Assembly: GCA_046318395.1 (NCBI GenBank)
Contig: JBKCUM010000192.1
Coordinates: 73 to 64,072, forward strand
Source: Rubrivivax sp.
Lineage (GTDB): Bacteria; Pseudomonadota; Gammaproteobacteria; Burkholderiales; Burkholderiaceae_C
Length of the DNA stretch: 64,000 nt
Direction of reading: 5' to 3'
Below the pieces are notes generated by a model. The model was not told the origin of the DNA. It was given only the letters and a program-made list of their open reading frames with translations, and searched no databases. The translations under genes and the position numbers were made by a program. Below are positions 42,424 to 51,745 of the stretch, one piece after another. Position 1 is the first letter of the stretch; each line of letters opens with the position of its first letter.

Positions 42424-44541
42424 ATGAACCGTCTTTCGCCCACCCACCGCCCCCGGCCGGCCCGCTGGCGCTGGGGCGCCTTGGGGCTGGCCGCACAGCT
42501 GGCCTGCTGGCCGGGCCAGGCGCAGACCCCGCCCAACGCCTCCACCGGGCCGGCGGCCCAGCGCAACCTGCAGGTGGCCAGCACGCAGAAACCGCCCAGC
42601 AGCCTGCGTCGGGTGGCCCTGGTCATCGGCAACAACCGCTACCGCGACGCGCCGTTGGCCAACCCGGTGAACGACGCACGCGCCATGGCGCGCACGCTGG
42701 AAGCCCAAGGCTTCGAGGTGCTGCTGCACGTGGACGCCACGCAGCGCGACATGCTGGCCGCGCTGCGCGAGTTCGGCAACCGGCTCAAGGGCAGCGGCTC
42801 TGGCCTGTTCTACTTCGCCGGCCACGGCATGCAGATCAAGGGGCGCAACTTCCTGATCCCCGTGGGCGCCGACATCGAACGTGAAGACGAGGTGGCCTAC
42901 CAGGCGCTGGACGCCCAGGCCGTGCTGGACAAGATGGAAAGCGCCGGCAACGGCACCAACCTGATGATCCTGGACGCCTGCCGCAACAACCCCTTCCTGC
43001 GCAGCTTCCGCAGCACACAACAGGGCCTGGCGCAGATGGACGCCCCGGTGGGCACCATGGTGGCCTTTTCCACCGCCCCGGGCTCGGTGGCCAGCGATGG
43101 CCAGGGCAGCAACGGCCTGTACACCCACCACCTGCTGGCCACGCTGCAGCAACCGGGGCTGAAGGTGGAAGAGGTGTTCAAGCAGGTGCGCGCCGCCGTG
43201 CGCCGGGAATCCCAGGGCAAGCAGGTGCCTTGGGAAAGCACCTCGCTGGAGGGCGACTTCTACTTCGTGCCGCCGCAGGCCGCCGCGCCGCCGCCCGACC
43301 CGCTGGCCACGCTGGACCAGGCCCTGTGGGCCGCCGTGCAGGCCAGCCAGCAGCCGGCGGAACTGCAGGCCTACCTGCTGCGCTTTCCACAGGGCCAACA
43401 CGCCGAGGCGGCCCGTGGTCGCCTGGCCAGCTTGAACGCGCAGGCGGCGCAAGCTGCTCAGGCAGCGCAGGCTGCCTTGGCCGAACAAGCGGCCAGGAAC
43501 GCGGCGGCAGCGGCTGCAGCCCAGGCCGCGCCCGCCACGTCGCAGTTGCGGCTGGACGTGGCGGCCGTGACCACCGCCCCCGCGCCACTGGCCGTGGCCA
43601 GCGGCGGAGCCGCCGCCGTGGCCCCCAACGCCCCGGTGCTGGCCGTCGCCCTGCCCGCCTTGGCCGCACTGCCCACGCTGGCGGTACCGCGGCCCAGCAC
43701 AGTGCCTGTGGCGGTCGCACCGGCGGTGGCCGAAGCGATACCGGCCACGCCGGCCGCCACGCCCCCCGCCCCACCCGTGGATGTGATGGCCGCCCTGGTG
43801 CCCACCCCGGTGGAAGGCGGCAGCAGCCGCGACGAGCGGGCCATCGCCGAGTCCAACCGCCGCATCGCGGAGATCGTGCGCTGGGGCGACGAAGACACCG
43901 ACCGCCGGCCGCCCCAACCCCGCCGCAATGCGCACGGCTTCACCGAAGGCGACCGCTACCGCTGGGCCGTGCTGGACCGCATGCGCAACGAGTACGTGGG
44001 CGTGCTGTTCCAGCGCATCGAAGCGCTGCAGGCCGACGGCCGCTTGGTGGTCAACGAAGGCGCCATCGAGCTCGACGGCCAAGGCCACCTGCTGACCAGC
44101 AACGACGCCGCCCGCGGCACCTGGGAACGCTGGGAACCCGCGCTCACGCCCTGGGGCCTGGCCAACGGCCGCCCCGGCGACAGCCTGCCGCTGCGCGGCC
44201 AGCGCACCTGGCGCGACGCCAACGGCCAAACCCGCCGCGCCGACTACCGCGGCAGCGCGCGCCACGCCGGCAGCGAGGCCGTCGCCGTGCAGGCCGGCCG
44301 CTTCCAGGCGGTGAAGCTGGAGGTCAGCGTCACCGCCGACCTGCCGCGCGACGACGGCGGCCGCGGCCAGCAAAGCTGGCGCCTGACCTACTGGCTGGCC
44401 CCCGGCCTGGGCCTGCCCGTGGCCTGGGAACTGGACGAACGCGTGGACGGCCGGCTGGAAAAACGCAGCCGCCACGAACTGACGGCCTACGACGTGGCCG
44501 CCAGCCCCACGCGCATGGCGGCCATCACCACGGGTCGTTGA
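42424..44541 (+). CDS. secreted caspase-family (peptidase C14) protein with Ala-rich linker and uncharacterised C-terminal domain
   Basis: Inner ATG 42424 (MNRLSPTHRP..) plus signal peptide. Catalytic His in FYFAGHGMQ and Cys in LMILDACRNNP. (QAA)n / poly-Ala region, then a ~230-aa C-terminal domain. Confidence 0.8.
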   Translation: MNRLSPTHRPRPARWRWGALGLAAQLACWPGQAQTPPNASTGPAAQRNLQVASTQKPPSSLRRVALVIGNNRYRDAPLANPVNDARAMARTLEAQGFEVLLHVDATQRDMLAALREFGNRLKGSGSGLFYFAGHGMQIKGRNFLIPVGADIEREDEVAYQALDAQAVLDKMESAGNGTNLMILDACRNNPFLRSFRSTQQGLAQMDAPVGTMVAFSTAPGSVASDGQGSNGLYTHHLLATLQQPGLKVEEVFKQVRAAVRRESQGKQVPWESTSLEGDFYFVPPQAAAPPPDPLATLDQALWAAVQASQQPAELQAYLLRFPQGQHAEAARGRLASLNAQAAQAAQAAQAALAEQAARNAAAAAAAQAAPATSQLRLDVAAVTTAPAPLAVASGGAAAVAPNAPVLAVALPALAALPTLAVPRPSTVPVAVAPAVAEAIPATPAATPPAPPVDVMAALVPTPVEGGSSRDERAIAESNRRIAEIVRWGDEDTDRRPPQPRRNAHGFTEGDRYRWAVLDRMRNEYVGVLFQRIEALQADGRLVVNEGAIELDGQGHLLTSNDAARGTWERWEPALTPWGLANGRPGDSLPLRGQRTWRDANGQTRRADYRGSARHAGSEAVAVQAGRFQAVKLEVSVTADLPRDDGGRGQQSWRLTYWLAPGLGLPVAWELDERVDGRLEKRSRHELTAYDVAASPTRMAAITTGR

Positions 44542-46387
44542 AGGCGCGGCGCGGTGGCAGCACCGCGCCAGGACGCGCCGCGCTGCAGGCCAGGGCGCGC
44601 AGCAGCCAGGCCCGGGTGTCGGCGGGGTCGATCACGTCGTCGATCTCCAGGTGGCTGGCCATGTTCAGCGCCTGGCCACGTTCGATGGCCGCGGCCAGCA
44701 GGCGGTCGAACAGCGCCTGCCGTTCAGCTTCGGGCGCGGCCGCCAGTTCCTTGCTGAAGCCCAGGCGCACCGCCCCTTCCAGGCCCATGGGGCCGAACTC
44801 GGCGTCGGGCCAGGCGCAGATGGCCACTGGCGCGTGGAAGTGCCCGGCCGTCAGCGCCATGGCGCCCAAGCCGAAGCCGCGGCGCAGCACCACGCTGAAC
44901 ACCGGCACGCGCAGCGCCGCCGCGGTGACGAACAGCCGCGCGGCGTGGCGCACCATGGCGGTCTTCTCGCTGTCCGGGCCCACCATGAAGCCGGGCGTGT
45001 CGACGAAGCTGACCAGGGGCAGGCCGTGCGCGTCGGCCAGTTGCATGAAGCGCGCGAACTTGTCGCAGGCGGGGGCGTCCAGCGCACCCGCCAGGTGGCC
45101 CACCTGGCTGGCCACCACGGCCACGGCGCGCCCGCCCAGGCGGGCCAGCGCGGTGACGATGCCGGTGCCGAAACCCGCGCGCAGTTCCAGCAGGCTGCCG
45201 GCGTCCAGCACGGTGTCCAGCACCGGCCGCACGTCGTAGGCCGTGTTGCGCTTGGGCGGCAACGCCGTGCGCAAGGCCAGCGGGTCGCCGCCAGGCGCAC
45301 CCGCCGCAGCCTGCGGCTGTCCGGTCAGCCCCAGGTAGGCGCGGGCAGCGGCCACGGCGGCGGCTTCGTCGGGCACGCGCAGGTCCACCACGCCGTTGGC
45401 GGCCTGCACCGCCACCGGGCCCACGTCTTCGGCGGCCACACGGCCCAGGCCGCCACCTTCGATCATGGCCGGGCCCCCCAGGCCGATGTTGGCGCCTTCC
45501 ACGGCGATCACCAGGTCGCAGCAGCCCAGCAGCGCCGCGTTGCCGGCGAAACAACGCCCGGCCACGATGCCCACCAGCGGCACCTGGCCCGACAAACGCG
45601 CCAGCGCCGCAAAGCTGCCACAGTCCAGCCCGGCCACGCCCAACCAGTCCACATCGCCCGGCCGGCCGCCGCCACCTTCGGCAAACAGCACCACGGGCAG
45701 GCGCTGGGCCAGCGCCAGGGCCAGCAGGCGGTCGGTCTTGGCATGGTTGAACACACCCTGCGTGCCAGCCAGCACGGTGTAGTCGTAGGCCAGCACCGCC
45801 ACGGCCTGGCCGTCCACGGTGCCGGTGCCGGTCACCAAGCCATCGGCGGGCGTCTGCCGCTGCAGTTCTTCCAGCGGCCGGCGGCTGCGCTGCGCGGCCA
45901 CGGCCAGGCCACCGTATTCGGTGAAGCTGCCCGGGTCCAGCAGGTCGGCCAGGTTCTCGCGGGCGCTGCGCAGGCCGCTGGCATGGCGCTTGGCCATCGC
46001 CTCGGGCCGGGCCGCGTCCTGCAGCAGGGCCTGGCGCGCCAGCACGCGGGCCAGCGCCGGGCGCGGCAGGCCGGGGTCTTCGGCGGCAGCGGAAGCCGGG
46101 GCCGGGCCAGGGCCTCCGGCCGCACCGGTCGACGGGGCGGTGGTGGTGCCGCCGGGGTCGGCCGTGTCCAGTTCCACCAGCAAAGCGCCTTCTCCGACCA
46201 CCTCGCCCACCGCCGCGTGCACCGCGCGCACGCGCCCTGCGGCGGGGGCCTGCAGCGGCACCTCCATCTTCATCGCCTCTTGCAGCAGCAGGGTCTGGCC
46301 GGCCCCCACACGCTGGCCGGCTTGCACATGCAGTTCCACCACGGCGCCATGCACGGCGGCCAGCAGGCGCAAAGAAGGGGTCGTCAT
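44525..46387 (-). CDS. biotinyl-domain / acyl-CoA carboxyltransferase fusion protein
   Basis: Inner ATG 46387 preceded by AGGAGA. N-terminal biotin attachment EAMKMEV. Remainder is carboxyltransferase-like (AYDYTVLAGTQG, GGGGRPGD, GPAMIEGGGLG). Confidence 0.8.
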   Translation of the reverse strand: MTTPSLRLLAAVHGAVVELHVQAGQRVGAGQTLLLQEAMKMEVPLQAPAAGRVRAVHAAVGEVVGEGALLVELDTADPGGTTTAPSTGAAGGPGPAPASAAAEDPGLPRPALARVLARQALLQDAARPEAMAKRHASGLRSARENLADLLDPGSFTEYGGLAVAAQRSRRPLEELQRQTPADGLVTGTGTVDGQAVAVLAYDYTVLAGTQGVFNHAKTDRLLALALAQRLPVVLFAEGGGGRPGDVDWLGVAGLDCGSFAALARLSGQVPLVGIVAGRCFAGNAALLGCCDLVIAVEGANIGLGGPAMIEGGGLGRVAAEDVGPVAVQAANGVVDLRVPDEAAAVAAARAYLGLTGQPQAAAGAPGGDPLALRTALPPKRNTAYDVRPVLDTVLDAGSLLELRAGFGTGIVTALARLGGRAVAVVASQVGHLAGALDAPACDKFARFMQLADAHGLPLVSFVDTPGFMVGPDSEKTAMVRHAARLFVTAAALRVPVFSVVLRRGFGLGAMALTAGHFHAPVAICAWPDAEFGPMGLEGAVRLGFSKELAAAPEAERQALFDRLLAAAIERGQALNMASHLEIDDVIDPADTRAWLLRALACSAARPGAVLPPRRAFNDPW

Positions 46388-46505
46388 CGGGTTCTCCTGG
46401 GCCCGGCGATTGTGCGTGGCCGCCACACGGCCCCGCGTCGCCTGCGCGACGCGGGCATACTCGGCACGCCTGCCCTCCCCACCCCTGCCCTGTCGCACGC
46501 GCCCG

Positions 46506-49500
46506 ATGAGCCCGCCCGGCCAAACCGACGCCCACAACGCCCCACAGTGGCTGGAGTTGGCGCCCACCTGCCTGCTGGCCGTGGACGCCCAGGCGCGGCT
46601 GCTGTGGGCCAACCACCTGGCCCGGCAAACCTTGCCGCTGCCGGCGCCTGGCCTGGCCCTGGGCCCCAGCTGGGGCCTGGACCTGGCCTGCAGCGCACAG
46701 CTCGAACACGCGCTGGCCGAGGGCCAACCCACCCTGCTGCACTGCCGTGCGCCCTGGCCCGGCGCGGCGGCAGCGGCCCCGCCCACCAACGCGGTGCCGG
46801 CGGCCACGCCGCTGCAGGTGGCCGTCAACCGGCTGCCCGACGGCACCCGGCTGCTGCACGTGCAAGACGCCAGCGCCCTGCAGGCCGCCCAGGCCGAAGC
46901 CACCAAGCTGAACGAACTGCTGGACGTGGCACGCACCATGGGCCGCATCGGCGTGTGGGAGCGCGACCCCGTCACCGGCCGCGGGCGCTGGGACCGCCAG
47001 GTGTTCCGCATGCGCGGCATGGAAGGCGAAGGCGATGCGCCGCCGCTGGACCAGGCCATGCAGCACGTCGTCGACGCCGACCGCGACGACCTGCAGCGCG
47101 TCTACCACGCCTCGCTGCACCACCCGGGCATGTACGCGCACCGCTTCCGGGTGCAGGGCTTGGACGGGCAGCTTCGGCAGCTGCAATCCAACTGGCTGGT
47201 CAAGCGCGCAGCCCCCGGCCAGCACAGCGCGGTGCTGGGGCTGATCATGGACGACACCCAGGCCTGGAACCTGGCGCGTTCTTTCGACGAAACCGCGCAA
47301 CAGCTGGCCATGGTGGTGGACGTGGCCGGCATCGTGGTCTGGCGGCACGACCTGGCCACCGACCACCTGCACTACAACGCCCAGGGCTACCGCCTGCTGG
47401 GCCTGCCACCGCGCCCCGAGGGCGTGCCGCTGGAAGAAGCCCGGCGCCTGGTGCACCCCGACGACCTGCCCCAGCTGAAAGCGCACACCGCCAAAGCGCG
47501 GCAGGGCCTGGGCCTGGCCGTCACAGAGGCACGCTACCGCGACGCCAGCGGCCAGTACCGCACCCTGCTGATGCGCCGCGGCCTGCTGCGCGACCCCGAC
47601 GGCCAACCCTCCACCCTGATCGGCGTGGCCCTGGACGTGACCGAAGCGCAGGACGCGCGCCGCCTCGCACTGGAACTGGGTCGGCGCTTTGAACTGGCCA
47701 CGCGTGCAGCGGGCATCGGCTATTGGAGCGTGGAGGGCAACACCCAAGCGCCACGCTGGAGCGACCAGATGCGCGCCATCCACGGCCTGGGCCCCGACGA
47801 CCCCACGCCCAGCCTGCGCACCTGGCTGGGCCAGTGTGTGCACCCCGAGGACCGCACGGCGGTGCGGCGCCGATTTGTGGACTGGGCACGCGGGCGCCGC
47901 AGCACGCTGGAAGCCAGCTTCAGGCTGGTGACGCGGCAGGGTCTGGTGCGCCACGTGGTCAGCCACGCGCGCGTCGAAGACAGCGACAAGCGGCTGTTGT
48001 TCGGCCTGCTGATCGACGTCACCGGACAACGCAACGCCGAGGCCGCCCTGCGCGAGGCCAGCGAACGCGCCTCGCTGGCCGCACGCGGTGCCGGCATCGC
48101 CACCTGGGAAGCCGACCTCGAGCACAACACCGCCATTTGGGACGACCAGATGTGGCGCCTGCGTGGCCAGGCGCCGCGCGCCGAAGTGCCGCCGGTGCCC
48201 GAACGCCTGCTGTTCGTGCACCCGGAAGACCGCCCCGCCATGGAGAACGTCAACGAAGCCACCGCCAGTGCCAGCTACCAGTTCCGCGTGGTGTGGCCCG
48301 ACGGCACGGTGCGGTGGTTGGCCTCTCGCTCCACCGGCGTGCGCGATGCCACCGGCCGCGTGGTGCGCCGCATCGGCGTGAACTGGGACGTGACCGACAG
48401 CCGCACCGCCGACGCGGCGCGGCAGGCGCACGAGATCGCCCAGCGCGAGAACCTGGCCAAGAGCCAGTTCCTGGCCCGCATGAGCCACGAACTGCGCACG
48501 CCGCTGAACGCCGTGCTGGGCTTTGCGCAGCTGCTGGCCACAGAAGAACGTGGCCACAACGAAGCCGCGCAGATGCGCCGCCGCCGGGTGCAACACATCC
48601 AGTCCGCCGGGCGCCACCTGCTGGACCTGATTAACGACGTGCTGGACCTCTCCAGCCTGGAAAGTGGCGAGGTGCGCATCGCGTTGCAACCGGTGCCGCT
48701 GTCGTGCGCGCTGACGCAAACCCTGCCGCTGGTGGAACCGCTGATGGCCGAACACGGCGTCACCCTGCACGTGGGCGACACCGCGTGCACGGTGCTGGCC
48801 GACGCCACCCGGCTGCGCCAGGTGCTGGTGAACCTGCTCAGCAACGCCGCCAAGTACAACCGGCCCGGCGGGCAGGTGCAGGTGCACGCCCACGCCGACA
48901 CCGTCGACGGCCAACGCCAGGTGTTGATCGAGGTGGCCGACACCGGCCTGGGCATGGCGCCGCAGCAACTGGCCCACCTGTTCGAACCCTTCAACCGCCT
49001 GGGCGCTGAACGCGACGGCGTGGAGGGCACGGGCATCGGCCTGGCCATCGTGAAGGCGCTGGTGGAACGCATGGGCGGCCGCGTCAGCGTCAGCAGCCAA
49101 CCCGGCGAGGGCAGTGTGTTCCAGGTGTGGCTGGCCGATGGCACCGACACACCGTTGCCCGCGGCCACGCCCAGCCCCAGCAGCCGCCCGGTGGACCTGC
49201 CGACCGGGCCAGCCACCAGCGCCGCGCCGCGCGGCACCCTGCTCTACATCGAAGACAACCCGGTCAACGCGCTGATCATCGCCGAGCTCATCGGCCGCCG
49301 CTCAGACCTGCAACTGCACCTGGCGGCCGACGGCGAAGGCGGTGTGCAGGAAGCGCTGGCGGTGAAGCCCGACCTCATCCTGCTGGACATGCAGCTGCCC
49401 GACATCGACGGCCACGAGGTGCTGCGCCGCCTGCGTGCGCACCCGCCCACGGCCCACATCCCCGTCATCGCCTTGTCGGCCAACGCCATGCCCGAGGACA

Positions 49501-49607
49501 TCGAGCGGGCGCTGCAGGCCGGCATGAGCGACTACTGGACCAAGCCGCTGGACTTCCGCGCCTTCATGGCCAGCATCGAAGGCCTGTTCGGGCCCGCACC
49601 GGCGTGA
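46506..49607 (+). CDS. PAS-repeat hybrid sensor histidine kinase (PAS x ~4, HisKA, HATPase, REC)
   Basis: Inner ATG 46506. Repeated PAS/PAC blocks. H-box FLARMSHELRTPLNAV; ATPase DTGLGM / GTGIGLAIVK. Receiver LLYIEDNPVN..ILLDMQLPDIDG. Confidence 0.85.
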   Translation: MSPPGQTDAHNAPQWLELAPTCLLAVDAQARLLWANHLARQTLPLPAPGLALGPSWGLDLACSAQLEHALAEGQPTLLHCRAPWPGAAAAAPPTNAVPAATPLQVAVNRLPDGTRLLHVQDASALQAAQAEATKLNELLDVARTMGRIGVWERDPVTGRGRWDRQVFRMRGMEGEGDAPPLDQAMQHVVDADRDDLQRVYHASLHHPGMYAHRFRVQGLDGQLRQLQSNWLVKRAAPGQHSAVLGLIMDDTQAWNLARSFDETAQQLAMVVDVAGIVVWRHDLATDHLHYNAQGYRLLGLPPRPEGVPLEEARRLVHPDDLPQLKAHTAKARQGLGLAVTEARYRDASGQYRTLLMRRGLLRDPDGQPSTLIGVALDVTEAQDARRLALELGRRFELATRAAGIGYWSVEGNTQAPRWSDQMRAIHGLGPDDPTPSLRTWLGQCVHPEDRTAVRRRFVDWARGRRSTLEASFRLVTRQGLVRHVVSHARVEDSDKRLLFGLLIDVTGQRNAEAALREASERASLAARGAGIATWEADLEHNTAIWDDQMWRLRGQAPRAEVPPVPERLLFVHPEDRPAMENVNEATASASYQFRVVWPDGTVRWLASRSTGVRDATGRVVRRIGVNWDVTDSRTADAARQAHEIAQRENLAKSQFLARMSHELRTPLNAVLGFAQLLATEERGHNEAAQMRRRRVQHIQSAGRHLLDLINDVLDLSSLESGEVRIALQPVPLSCALTQTLPLVEPLMAEHGVTLHVGDTACTVLADATRLRQVLVNLLSNAAKYNRPGGQVQVHAHADTVDGQRQVLIEVADTGLGMAPQQLAHLFEPFNRLGAERDGVEGTGIGLAIVKALVERMGGRVSVSSQPGEGSVFQVWLADGTDTPLPAATPSPSSRPVDLPTGPATSAAPRGTLLYIEDNPVNALIIAELIGRRSDLQLHLAADGEGGVQEALAVKPDLILLDMQLPDIDGHEVLRRLRAHPPTAHIPVIALSANAMPEDIERALQAGMSDYWTKPLDFRAFMASIEGLFGPAPA

Positions 49608-49646
49608 CGCCGTAGCGCCAGGTGGTGAAGCGCCAGGCGGTGCAGC

Positions 49647-49669
49647 GGCCGCGCCCACCGGGCGCGGCC
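49647..49669. terminator. hairpin between convergent kinase and dcp genes
   Basis: Perfect 10-bp stem GGCCGCGCCC/GGGCGCGGCC with 3-nt loop. No U-tract. Confidence 0.4.
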
Positions 49670-49674
49670 CGCGG

Positions 49675-51735
49675 TCAGGCCGCGGCCTCTTCCAACAGCC
49701 CGCGCTTCTTCAGCAGCGGTGTCACCGTGGGCGCACGGCCGCGGAAGGCCGCGAAGGCCGCGCCGGGTTCCACGCTGTTGCCGGCCGCGTAGATGCAGCG
49801 GCGCAGCGCCTGGGCCACGGCGGGGTCGAAGGGGCTGCCGGCTTCCTTGAAGGCGTCGTAGCCGTCGGCGTCCAGCACCTCGGCCCACAGGTACACGTAG
49901 TAGCCGGCGGCGTACCCGCTGCTGCTGAACAGGTGCTGGAAGTGCACCAGGCGGTGGTTCAGGCCCACCGCGGCCGGCAGGCCCTGGGCCTGCAGCAGCT
50001 CGCGCTCGAAGGCGCACAGGTCGGCCGGCGGCTCGGCGTCGGTCAGCGCGTGCACGGCCATGTCGGCGATGGCGCTGGCGCAGTAGCGCACGGTCTCGTA
50101 ACCCTGGTTGAAGCGGCGCGCGGCGTGCAGCCGGTCCACCAGGGCCTGCGGGATGGGTTCACCGGTCTGGAAGTGGCGGGCGTGGCGCTGCAGCACCTCG
50201 GGTTCGGTGATCCAGTGTTCGAAGATCTGCGAGGGCAGCTCCACGAAATCACGCAGCACCTGCGTGCCCGACAGGCGCTCGTACGTCACCTGCGACAGCA
50301 GGCCGTGCAGGCCGTGGCCGAACTCGTGGAACAGCGTGCGCGCGTCGTCCAGGCTCAACAACGTGGGCGCCCCGGGCGCGCCCTTGGCGAAGTTGTTGTT
50401 GTTCAGGATGATGGGCGTTTGCACCTCGCCGTTGGCCGACTGCCAGCGCAGCGAGCTCATCCAGGCCCCGCTGCGCTTGCTGGCGCGGGCGAAGTTGTCC
50501 TGCAGGAACACGCCCACCAACGAACCGTCGGCGTTGTGCACCTCGTAGGCCTTCACGTCGGGGTGGTAGACCGGCAGGTCGGCGCGGTGCGTGAAACGCA
50601 GGCCGAACAGGCGGCCGGCGCAGTCGAACGCGGCCTGCACCATGTTCTCCAGCGGGAAGTAGGGCTTGATTTCGGCGTCGTCCAGCGCATACCGCTGCTG
50701 GCGCACCTTCTCGGCCCAATAGCGCCAGTCCCAGGCCTCGATGGGCCCGGCTTCGCCGCCGGCGGCGTCGCGCACGGCCTGCAGGGCTTCGCGCTCGCGC
50801 TCCACCGCGGCCAGCGCACGCGGCCACACCTCGCCCAGCAACTGCTGCACCGCGCTGTGGCGGCCGGCCATGGTGTCGGTCAGCGCGTAGTCGGCGTAGC
50901 TGTGGTGGCCGTGCAGACGAGCTTGTTCGTTGCGCAGGCGGAGGATGTCGCGCGCCACTTCGCGGTTGTCGTGCTCGCCGGCGTGTTCACCACGGCTGGT
51001 CCAGGCGCGCCAGGCTTGCTCGCGCAGGTCGCGGCGGGTGCTGAAGGTGAGGAAGGGCACGACCAGCGAGCGCGACAGCGTCACCACATGGCCGTCCACG
51101 CCACGCTCGGCGGCGGCTTGGCGGGCGGCGTCGCGCACGAAAGCGGGCAGGCCGGCCAGGTCGACCTCGCCGTTCAGCACCAGCTGCCAGCTGCTTTCGT
51201 CGTGCAGCACGTTCTGCGCGAAGCGGGTGGTCAGGCGGGCCAGTTCCTGCATCACCTGGGCGTAGCGGGCCTGCTGCTCGCCCTGCAGGCGGGCGCCGGC
51301 GCGCACGAAGTCCAGGTGCACGCGTTCCAGCATGCGCAGCTGTTCGGGCGACAGGCCCAGGCTGTGGCGCTGCGCATGCAGCGTGTCCACGCGCTGGAAC
51401 AGGGCCGCGTCCATGTAGACGGCGCTGCTGTGCGCGGCCAGCGGGCCGGCCATCTCACGCTGCACGGCCTGCAAGGCCGGGTTGGTCTCGCTGGCGGTCA
51501 GGTTGTAGAACACCGAGGCGATGCGGTCCAGCACACGGCCGCAGCGGTCGAAGGCGGCGACGGTGTTGTCGAAACTGGGCGCCTCGGTTTGCTGGCCGAT
51601 GGCGCGCAGTTCTTCGAGGTTGCGCTGCATGGCCGCCTCGAACGCGGGCTTGAAGTGCGCGGGCTCGAGGGCGTCGAAGGGCGGCAGGCCGTGTGGCGCC
51701 GTCCAGGGCTGCAGCAGCGGGTTGGTGGTGGTCAT
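49675..51735 (-). CDS. dcp: M3-family metallopeptidase (peptidyl-dipeptidase Dcp / oligopeptidase A-like)
   Basis: Inner ATG 51735 (MTTTNPLLQPW..). Zinc motif HEFGHGLH; 686 aa. Confidence 0.88.
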   Translation of the reverse strand: MTTTNPLLQPWTAPHGLPPFDALEPAHFKPAFEAAMQRNLEELRAIGQQTEAPSFDNTVAAFDRCGRVLDRIASVFYNLTASETNPALQAVQREMAGPLAAHSSAVYMDAALFQRVDTLHAQRHSLGLSPEQLRMLERVHLDFVRAGARLQGEQQARYAQVMQELARLTTRFAQNVLHDESSWQLVLNGEVDLAGLPAFVRDAARQAAAERGVDGHVVTLSRSLVVPFLTFSTRRDLREQAWRAWTSRGEHAGEHDNREVARDILRLRNEQARLHGHHSYADYALTDTMAGRHSAVQQLLGEVWPRALAAVEREREALQAVRDAAGGEAGPIEAWDWRYWAEKVRQQRYALDDAEIKPYFPLENMVQAAFDCAGRLFGLRFTHRADLPVYHPDVKAYEVHNADGSLVGVFLQDNFARASKRSGAWMSSLRWQSANGEVQTPIILNNNNFAKGAPGAPTLLSLDDARTLFHEFGHGLHGLLSQVTYERLSGTQVLRDFVELPSQIFEHWITEPEVLQRHARHFQTGEPIPQALVDRLHAARRFNQGYETVRYCASAIADMAVHALTDAEPPADLCAFERELLQAQGLPAAVGLNHRLVHFQHLFSSSGYAAGYYVYLWAEVLDADGYDAFKEAGSPFDPAVAQALRRCIYAAGNSVEPGAAFAAFRGRAPTVTPLLKKRGLLEEAAA

Positions 51736-51745
51736 GGACACCCCT

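Noticed and set aside
43441-43560. Repetitive GC-rich tract considered as a tandem repeat or CRISPR-like array
   Set aside because: It is in-frame (QAA)n/poly-Ala coding sequence inside the caspase gene. There is no repeat-spacer periodicity. No CRISPR-like arrays were seen anywhere in the window.
44724-49100. 1458-aa minus-strand ORF spanning the carboxylase and the PAS kinase region
   Set aside because: It crosses a divergent intergenic region and is out of frame or antisense to two motif-supported genes. The translation is compositionally degenerate.
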